Below the pieces are notes generated by a model that saw only the letters and a program-made list of their open reading frames with translations, was not told the origin of the DNA and did not search any database. The position numbers and the translations under genes are program-made. From the NCBI GenBank assembly GCA_963663475.2, contig CAXXJV010000001.1:2496001-2560000 (forward strand): a DNA stretch of 64,000 nt. The letters are read 5' to 3'. This DNA comes from Candidatus Cloacimonadales bacterium. GTDB lineage: Bacteria; Cloacimonadota; Cloacimonadia; Cloacimonadales; JAFGVF01. Positions 20,707-29,000 of the stretch are shown here, piece after piece; position 1 is the first letter of the stretch; the number at the start of each line of letters is the position of its first letter.

Positions 20707-20839
20707 AAAATCGTTTTTACGCTTTTTTCTCACTGCAAAAACGATTCGGTTTCTCACATTTGATAAAAAAGCGTAAAAACGATTTTGAAGAAGTGACAGA
20801 GTTTTTTCATTATTGATAAAAAACCGTAAAAACGATTTT
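20707..20839. repeat. Array of AAAAACGAT-core sites: 22-bp perfect inverted repeat plus 27-bp direct repeat
   Basis: 20707-20728 AAAATCGTTTTTACGCTTTTTT is the exact reverse complement of 20765-20786; 20760-20786 and 20813-20839 differ at one base. Confidence 0.85.
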
Positions 20840-20864
20840 AACTTTATTAACAATATAGCGTTAA

Positions 20865-22733
20865 TTATTTTTGAAAAGTAACGTCCAAACTCGCTCCGTA
20901 TAAATTCTTTTCGATTATTCTGTATCGACATTTAGATTCTATAGTTTTGCTTAGAACAGTTTTCAGTTCTTTCTTAGCTGTAGAAACTCTTTTATTCTTG
21001 CTCTTGCAGCTTTTAGTTTCTAGCAATCTAATTTTTAACGAATCATTTTTTAGTTCTATGATTATTGAATCAATATCTGTTATGCAAGATTCACTTGGTT
21101 TCTTTCTGAAGTCATAAATATTTATTCTCGAGTTATATATCAGAGCAAATCCTTCAAAGTTTCTTAGTGTATTCTTTAAATGATTAACTTCATGTTTCCT
21201 GCCTTTGTCTGAGATACCTTCTTGGTGCCTGTCCAAGTCTTCCTTAATCAATTCAAAATTATCATGAGGTGTTTTGATATAAAATTTTTGGTGATCTATT
21301 TCTTGTACTTCACTCAATCTATAATCATCTTTAAATATGAATTTCAGTATTGCCCAAAATAGATTTTCATAAGATGGTATTAGATCTTTATCTAAAACTT
21401 TGAATAAAATATACTTATGGGCATTTGTATCTGTTTTAAAGATATTATTTAACTTTTCACTTGGTATGCCATTTTGTTTTGCTCTTTGTTTGAGCTCATT
21501 AAACATAACATTATGAATCATTTTTGGGTTAGATACTTGCAATTCACTTTCTTTTAATAACATATTACATATATTAAAATTGATAGTAACAAAACTTGAA
21601 GAAGTAAACTTTTCTGTAAAAAAAATATCTGCTGATCTAGCATTTGTAATCGGATTGTGATCTAAATACGTTTCTATGCCAACGCAGTGCTTTCTTAATA
21701 TTGATATTCTTCTAACTTCATCATAAAAATTAATTCTTGATCTGTGGACTGGTAATTTGAATCTAACATAAGGAATATAAGATTTTATTTCTTTAGTAAC
21801 TAATCCTGTTTGAATAGCATCTCTGATAATTTCTTTATATTGTGATGCTTGTTTCTTCTTAACATCAATAATTTTCAATGACTCAATTTCATAAGATTTT
21901 TGTAGTGCACAAACTTCTGGATCATGATAAATTGAATCATATAGTTCATTTACAAAAGGATTTAAACTACTATTAATATTCAATTTAACAACTCTATCGG
22001 AATTATTTAAAGAGTTAATGAATGAAAAAATATCAGCATTAAATGGTATATGCGAATAGTGTGCATCTATTGAGATAATTGATAATTTTCGTATAATTCC
22101 ATAAACATCCGTTAATTGTTGAAGTTTATGAATATTTAACTTGCAAGAGTTAGAACTTAGCAACATTTTAAACAAAAACCTAATACTTTGCTTCATTTCT
22201 GTACTCAAAGAAGAGTTTCTATCTAGTCTATGCAAAGAAATTAAAAAATGAAACTTTGAAACATCGAAATTATTAATTATGACATTGGCAATTTCTTCAA
22301 GCTCATTATCTAAATTACATAAGAAAATTGATTTAAATCCTTTTAACTTTTTTGCAAACTTTAACAATGATCGTTCATCTGCATATGTATTCTTAGTGTG
22401 CCCAAAATTTGACAGCATAAACCAACTTTTAAGAATACTGTTACCTGTATATTCTTGACCGTTAACTTTGATACTTCCTAGGGAAAAACTCGAGCCTTTA
22501 TGAATATTATCAAATAAATCAACCATAGCACACTGTAACATCAGATATTCATACCTGCTATGGGATGCTCCATCAAATGTTTTTTCAATCAACCCCAAAT
22601 GCTTAATTCTTTTCTGTCTATCAAACTCTTTTTCAGTTTCATACAATGAATAAACACTTCGAGCAATATCATAAAATTTTATAGAGACTAGTCCAAAACT
22701 AGGGATAGCTACCTTATGAATAATTGAGGACAA
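20865..22733 (-). CDS. Degenerate HD/dNTPase-like domain fused to a C-terminal PD-(D/E)XK-like nuclease domain
   Basis: 'EFDRQKRIKHLG...GASHSRYEY', 'LSNFGH', 'LYDSIYHDP' align with SAMHD1/YdhJ-type motifs; C-terminal 'TDIDSIII...LLETK...AKKEL'. TTG start with AAGGAG RBS. Confidence 0.65.
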   Translation of the reverse strand: MSSIIHKVAIPSFGLVSIKFYDIARSVYSLYETEKEFDRQKRIKHLGLIEKTFDGASHSRYEYLMLQCAMVDLFDNIHKGSSFSLGSIKVNGQEYTGNSILKSWFMLSNFGHTKNTYADERSLLKFAKKLKGFKSIFLCNLDNELEEIANVIINNFDVSKFHFLISLHRLDRNSSLSTEMKQSIRFLFKMLLSSNSCKLNIHKLQQLTDVYGIIRKLSIISIDAHYSHIPFNADIFSFINSLNNSDRVVKLNINSSLNPFVNELYDSIYHDPEVCALQKSYEIESLKIIDVKKKQASQYKEIIRDAIQTGLVTKEIKSYIPYVRFKLPVHRSRINFYDEVRRISILRKHCVGIETYLDHNPITNARSADIFFTEKFTSSSFVTINFNICNMLLKESELQVSNPKMIHNVMFNELKQRAKQNGIPSEKLNNIFKTDTNAHKYILFKVLDKDLIPSYENLFWAILKFIFKDDYRLSEVQEIDHQKFYIKTPHDNFELIKEDLDRHQEGISDKGRKHEVNHLKNTLRNFEGFALIYNSRINIYDFRKKPSESCITDIDSIIIELKNDSLKIRLLETKSCKSKNKRVSTAKKELKTVLSKTIESKCRYRIIEKNLYGASLDVTFQK

Positions 22734-22745
22734 ACATTTCTCCTT

Positions 22746-23472
22746 TTAAATAACCCTAAACAGAAAGACCATCTCACCTAAGATCCTGAAGGTCTCAAGT
22801 TCAAAGTCTTCTATTATTATTACATCAAAATCTGGATTAAGTGGTTTAAGTATAACCCTCTTCTTCTCTTTATCAAATTGTAGTTTTTTTAAAGTAGCAC
22901 CTTCAGGTGTATGACAAGCACATACTTTACCATTCAAACTTGGTATATCTATGTTCTCTCTTATAACAACAACATCTCCATGAGCAATTATTGGGAACAT
23001 ACTGTTTCCATTAACCTTGAGAGCTATATACTTGTTCTCTTGATCTGACAAATAAGCTTTTGGTATCTCTATATACTTTGATGGAGCATCATCATAACCA
23101 TTCATTGGAGTACCTGCAGCAATCTCTCCATATATAGGTAGAGTTATAACCCTTGAATCGAAAGGGTTGAGTTTATGTTTATATACTGAGTTATTTCCTG
23201 TCATCTCTTCTATATTCTTTTTATGACCATCTCCATAGAGATTTCCATCAGAATCTAAAACAAACATTCCACCTTTACCAGTTAATAACCAATTTAAGTT
23301 TAAACCATAGCGTTCGTTGATACGAGCCATGGCTGTTGCTGGAGGTTTACTTGTTTTTTCTGTTCAACCAATCTGATAGATTACCTGATGTGACCTCAAT
23401 AGTATTCGTAAACTCGGAACGCTTTATATCAAGAGCATTTACGAACATTAACAGCCTATCTTTTATATCCAT
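22746..23472 (-). pseudogene. Phage cI/LexA-like XRE-HTH + S24 peptidase repressor split by a 1-nt frameshift
   Basis: ATG 23472 (GGAG RBS) gives MDIKDRLLMFVNALDIKRSEFTNTIEVTSGNLSDWLNRKNK*. Removing one A from the A6 run (T 23354-23359 on +) joins it to the 194-aa ORF with 'NLNWLLTGKG', 'IAAG' cleavage site, 'GNSMFP' Ser and 'TLKK' Lys. Confidence 0.8.
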
Positions 23473-23512
23473 TTAATCTCCTATCTTTTATATCCATTTA
23501 ATCTCCTATCTT
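23455..23512. repeat. 25-bp tandem duplication covering the repressor RBS and start codon
   Basis: CCTATCTTTTATATCCATTTAATCT at 23455-23479 and 23480-23504, plus a partial third copy. Confidence 0.9.
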
Positions 23513-23526
23513 ATATATCATTCCAT

Positions 23527-23638
23527 TTCGCATTGTTGCACACTGATGCGTTGGACTGAAACTTTTCCTTGACTACTTTCGCATATTTTGCTTTATAGAT
23601 TTAGTAATCATTATTTGCAACATTGCGAACAATGTCAA
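23527..23638. promoter_or_regulatory. Immunity-switch region: three operator-like TTCGCA-N-TTGC sites and opposing promoters
   Basis: TTCGCATTGTTGCA 23527-23540; TTCGCATATTTTGC 23578-23591; inverted TGCAACATTGCGAA 23616-23629; TTGACT (+) 23569; TTGACA-17-AATAAT (-) 23638-23610. Confidence 0.6.
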
Positions 23639-23658
23639 TAAAAATTTAGGAGGTTCGA

Positions 23659-23901
23659 ATGAGATCACCATATCATCCTGCTGTAATAAGATCAGCTATG
23701 ACGCTTAAAAGACTCACAACAAAGGCATTAGCCGAACGCTTATTCATCTCCAGAAGATCATTAGATTATTTTATTAATGAAGGAATACATATAAGAAAAG
23801 CAGAAGATGTCTTAGAAATTCTTCAACCTGAGCTTGATGAGATAAGTGAAATTTATCGCAAACACACTAACATAGAAGTCGAGAGTTGCGAAAAGAGGTA
23901 A
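23659..23901 (+). CDS. Small Cro/Ner-like HTH protein
   Basis: AGGAGG RBS; 'IRSAMTLKRLTTKALAERLFISRRSLDYFI' HTH; divergent from the repressor. Confidence 0.7.
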   Translation: MRSPYHPAVIRSAMTLKRLTTKALAERLFISRRSLDYFINEGIHIRKAEDVLEILQPELDEISEIYRKHTNIEVESCEKR

Positions 23902-23962
23902 TGATGGAATACAAAGAACTAACAGTTAACAACAAGAGTTTAACTAGGAAAATATCCAGTTA

Positions 23963-24223
23963 ATGAGTTATGTAGGATTAAAAAATTTAAATACAATCCT
24001 GATGGTCGCAGTTGATATAATATACTCTGCTATAAAATATTTAGATGAGCTATTATACTTATACCCAGAATTTGGAAATTTGAAAGAACAGACATATAAA
24101 TATGTATATTATAAGCTTAGCAGAGTCATAAAACATATATTCAGCAATACAAAACTTAACAAGATTTTACCCTGCAAAGGTGAATATCATGACAAGTTAC
24201 AGCTGAAGATCAATTTTTCTTAA
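23963..24223 (+). CDS. Hypothetical protein (doubtful or remnant)
   Basis: 86-aa ORF linked by TAATG overlap to a 20-aa ORF (23901-23963), itself TAATG-linked to the Cro-like gene. No recognisable motif. Confidence 0.3.
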   Translation: MSYVGLKNLNTILMVAVDIIYSAIKYLDELLYLYPEFGNLKEQTYKYVYYKLSRVIKHIFSNTKLNKILPCKGEYHDKLQLKINFS

Positions 24224-24387
24224 AAAAAATGGGGGTATGCCAAAAATTACTAAAAATTACTTGACATTACTAGAACATACGGCTTAAATATCTTTAGCAT
24301 ATTTACTAGGATTTTGTTTACAGAAATTTAACAGAAGATGAGATTTTGCCAAGTGGTAAGTTTTTAACTTAAAAATAAGGAGTATCT

Positions 24388-26004
24388 ATGAGAAAATTTG
24401 TACTATTAATTCTATTGTTGCTGACCGCAATTCTACAACTATACGCAGACAACGAACTAGAACCTTGGATTACCCTTAGTGGAGAGTGGGCTCCATCCTG
24501 GTTTGGGAAACACATGGCAGTATTAGACTTTAATGCAGATGGTATAGATGACTTAATCGTTTATCATATTGGAGAATATGGTGTTTATCATGGAGCTTTA
24601 AATATCTACTTTGGTGGAAGTAATTTCGGTAATGAACCTGATATGGTAATAGAAGGAGATCATGTTGGTCATTTAAGAGAAGGTGTCTTCTACTGCGGAG
24701 ATGTTAATGGTGATGGCTATGATGATTTTATAAGTCATGCTTTTGTTCATAGTGATGGTGTTGGAGACCCGAATGATTACGCCTTTCGCTACTACTTTGG
24801 TGGACCCAATCCTGATATTGAAGTTGATCAAGAATTTTCATATAGTGATAATGATCAAGATTGGTATGGGATAAGAACCTGTTTAGGAGATGTTAATAAT
24901 GATGGTTATGATGATATTGGGCTTAAAAGATTTGAGGGTAATGGTTATCCTTTAAAGATATTACTTGGTAATACGCTTGAACTTGTGGAAATTATTCCTG
25001 CTGAAGAGTCAACTCTTTTTTTCCCTAATATTGAACCTATGGGAGATATCAACAATGATGGTATAGCTGATTTCTCAGTTGGTTATGGATATGAAGCACA
25101 TGGTACGGAACATCAACATACAAGAATATTCTATGGAGGAGAAGATTTTACAACTAGTTTTATTGACTACAAACACTATGTTAATTCCGAATACATGTTT
25201 AAAGGGGCAAAGACTATTGGTGATTTTAATGGGGATGGATTAAATGATTTTCTTTTTCCAGTACCAAATAATGCGTCAAACGACTATTATGCCTTAGCCA
25301 TACGAGCTGACGAGATACTAGAGTCAGATGAACTTCATGTAGAACAATTTTATTATGACCAACCTTTACTAGACGCTTCTAGACCTATGTCCTACACTAT
25401 AGGTTACGGAGACTTTAATGGTGATGGTTTTAGTGATTTTGTTGGTTCTAATATGGAATATGCTATAGATGATGGAGCTGCCGGAATCTGGTTTGGCAGG
25501 GCAACCCCAAACGGAGATTGTGATATTAGATTAAATAGTCCAACTGTAGTTCATCAATTTGGCTACAAAGTTAAAGTTGGAGATTTTAATGGTGATGGAT
25601 TGGATGATATTGCTATCTCTTCTCCTCACCGAGCAGGTTCTTTAGAAGATGGATTTAATGGAGAAGTTTATATTTATAAAGGATCAGTTGATTTAGCTGA
25701 TACGGCTGTAGCTAATAGTGACCAAGAAGTTGAAGAAAATCATGGTATAAGATTAAATATCTACCCGAATCCTTCTAAATCTAGTATGGATATTAAGTAC
25801 ACTATTAAAGGTTCCTTAAGTAGAGATATTTCGGGTACACAGCTAATTATCTACAACATTAAAGGTCAAAAAATTTATTCAACAAGTATTAATAGTAAAG
25901 ATAACACAATTAGCATACCTCAAGTCCCATCAGGATGTTACATTGCTGAAATTAAAGAAAACAATAAAGTCTTGGCTTCTAGTAAGTTTAATTTAATAAA
26001 ATAA
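24388..26004 (+). CDS. Secreted FG-GAP/VCBS (integrin-like beta-propeller) repeat protein with T9SS-type CTD
   Basis: Signal peptide; seven 'GD(F/V/I)NxDGxxD'-type repeats; 'IYPNPS...IYNIKGQ...SGCY' C-terminus; AAGGAG RBS; TTGACA-17-TTAAAT at 24261-24289. Confidence 0.85.
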   Translation: MRKFVLLILLLLTAILQLYADNELEPWITLSGEWAPSWFGKHMAVLDFNADGIDDLIVYHIGEYGVYHGALNIYFGGSNFGNEPDMVIEGDHVGHLREGVFYCGDVNGDGYDDFISHAFVHSDGVGDPNDYAFRYYFGGPNPDIEVDQEFSYSDNDQDWYGIRTCLGDVNNDGYDDIGLKRFEGNGYPLKILLGNTLELVEIIPAEESTLFFPNIEPMGDINNDGIADFSVGYGYEAHGTEHQHTRIFYGGEDFTTSFIDYKHYVNSEYMFKGAKTIGDFNGDGLNDFLFPVPNNASNDYYALAIRADEILESDELHVEQFYYDQPLLDASRPMSYTIGYGDFNGDGFSDFVGSNMEYAIDDGAAGIWFGRATPNGDCDIRLNSPTVVHQFGYKVKVGDFNGDGLDDIAISSPHRAGSLEDGFNGEVYIYKGSVDLADTAVANSDQEVEENHGIRLNIYPNPSKSSMDIKYTIKGSLSRDISGTQLIIYNIKGQKIYSTSINSKDNTISIPQVPSGCYIAEIKENNKVLASSKFNLIK

Positions 26005-26014
26005 GGAGTAAAAA

Positions 26015-29000
26015 ATGAAAAGGTTATTTGTAACAGTATCACTTGCAATATTTGTTTTAAGTTGTTGGTCATCAATTAGAGATGATTTCCTTATTGGTAA
26101 TTATGGCTACATTCATCCAGCTTATGGAGAAACTTCATATACTAGATTGTTCACTTTAATGCAAGAAGCCAACTATAATTCATCAATTTGTTCGCCGGTA
26201 AAACTTACCCAGTATCCATGGGGAGATTTGAGTACAATGTTAAGTAAAATGGAGCAATGCGATTTAACTCCAATTCTTTATGATAATTATACTAATTATT
26301 CCAATGGTGTGATAAATGAAATAAGCCCAAGAAATCTTTCCATGGGTATATATGCAAAATTCGAAGCTGAGTTTGATAGTAGAGAAGATAACAATATTCC
26401 TGAAAGTGATAGGCATATAGAAGAGAATAATGACATTTACCATTATCATTTTGATATTGATAGAATTGGGGCTATAAATCAAGCATTCGGAAGAAGATTC
26501 CTGTTTTGTTCACCTACTACAATGACAGAAGATGTTATTGTTGATAATTTAAGGCATAGGTGGAAAAATCACAAAAATGGTGTTGATGGAGATTTTATTG
26601 ATAATGCTGATTATTTACCTTACAAGGAAGCATTTGAATTCTCTAATGGTAGTGATGAATTAAATTATATCCAGTACAATAAGTTATATATGACAGTTTG
26701 TTATAAGGTTAGTTCAGACACCTCTTCTGCTTTAAAATTTGGTCTAAAGTTACTTAACATTGATGCCAACGATAATGAAGAGTGGTATTTTAAAGAGATT
26801 AGAAATACCATGAATAATGATTATGGAAACGTGTTGACCTATACAGCACAGGAACTTAATGACCCTGCAATAACATATGTAGACACATTGGAATTTTCAG
26901 ATTTTAGGAAGATAACTTTCGAGTTAGAATTGTCTAGTTTGTTGGATGGAGAAATTAATAGTCGAGACAATGATGATAGTAGATCATATCTATATAACTT
27001 TCATAGCAGAAAAAGATTAAATGGCATAACCCCATACATATACTGGGAAGGTAATCATGATGTTAGAATCGATTATATTGAGTTTGAAGATGACGTACAT
27101 AAACAAATTGTGGATGGCGTGGCACTTGATGCTTTAGAAAATAGATTAAATAAATACTCCTCAGTACATAATCACTATACTGTAGATGAGCCCAAGTTTA
27201 CTCACTTTGATTCTCATAAATTGATAGATGAAAGACTTAATAATTATAACATAATCACAACTAATTGGCCAATAAATTTTAAAGAGAAAAAACCAAATAA
27301 TACTAGATATTTTCATCCAGGGCAATTTGTAGAACAAGCCCAACCTGATGATTTAATGATAGATTTTTATCCACTAAAACCTGACGCTAATTGGAATAAT
27401 ATTGATGATGATAATTTTGTTCAATTCCTAATAGATTGGTGGGCTTGTGCAAACTATAGAAGAGCAAAACATAAAGCTGAAGATAGACCATTTTATGTTG
27501 TGCCTTGTACTGCTGGTAAATGGGATAATCGTTTTAATATATGGGTAGGATATCAATATCCGACGATCAACATGATTAAATGTCTGCAATATTTACCTCT
27601 CTGTTATGGGGTTGATGGAATAATAGATTTTCCATTTTATAAAGATACTACATTTAATGATAATGACCCTGAAGATAATGGTCATCGCTGGTATGCCCTA
27701 GTTAATGATGATGATAATGATTCCATTCATCCTAATGGACGGCATATTACACCACAATACTATGCAATAAAAGAAGCCAATGAAAAAGTATATAGATATG
27801 GAAATATTCTTAAAGATTTAACATGGCTAGATGCTACTACTATTAAAGCAAATGGTATTCAAGCTCTAGATTCTGAAATCTATATTATTGGTCAAAATCA
27901 GGAAGAAGGTGAAGATAAACCCCTTAATAATAGTATCTATAAATACTTCCCAACTGGAGGAATAAAAACTTCTAGTATTGGGAATAATAATGATAGAGAC
28001 ACCTATAATGGCTACATTCACATCGGATTGTTTGAAGACGAATATGGTCATCAGAAGTATATGCTTGTGAATAGGCGTACTGATTTTGTTGAAGATAGTA
28101 GTGGCTTAATGAATACTTTAAACCCTGATATATTAACTTCAAGATATGAAGATCAAGTATCATTTTTCCAAGCTTCTCCTCAATGTGTAAATTTTGATTT
28201 AGATTATGCAACTGAGGATTTTAATAATTCATTCGGTTCTCATGTTGCCCTATATGATCCTTATTCAAAAGAAATTTATCGACCTAACTCAGAAAATGTA
28301 ATAAGTGTTGAACTTAAACCTGGAGAGGGTAAAATGTTAGAATTTGTAAATTATCTATCTGGGGATATAACGATTTCACCTTTGCCATATTTAGATGGAC
28401 ATTATGTGATAGGTGACACGTTAAATATTGATGATAATGTTAGTCTATCATTTTCTCCTGAGTCAAGAGTATGTATAAAAGATAGTACAATAATTAATAT
28501 CTGCAAAAATGCAAAGCTATCATTAAGTGGAAGTGTAGAAATAAATAGTACCATAAATGCTGATTCTTTAGCAACACTTGAATTACTTAATACTTATAAA
28601 TGTTTATTAGGAGATGGAGTTAAGTTAAATGCCAATAACGGAACAATTATAATTGAAAACTCTTCACTAGAAGCTATAACAGATAAATGGGGCGGTCTAT
28701 ATTCTGATAATTTAGCAAATTTAAATAGTTGTATTATAATTAAAAATAGTGAGTTAAAACAATTTAGTAATCTTAGTATGCACAATGGATTTCTGACTAT
28801 TCTTGATGATAGTAATCTGTATTTTACTCAAAGGTATACTGTTCTTAAAAATGTTACAACTAACATCCATAATTCAATATTAAACTTTGAACACAATGGA
28901 TTTCGTTATTTTAACTCAAATTTGGAAGGAAACATATATATAACTAACACACAATTTAATGGTTCTTCAAATCTGAAAGCCATTGAACTTTCAGGTTCTG

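Noticed and set aside
20707-20839. Possible CRISPR array
   Set aside because: Repeats are in mixed orientation with irregular spacing, only two long direct copies exist, and no cas genes are in the window.
20692-20931. 79-aa minus-strand ORF
   Set aside because: Overlaps the end of the HD-nuclease gene and runs through the DNA repeat array; low-complexity K/F/R translation.
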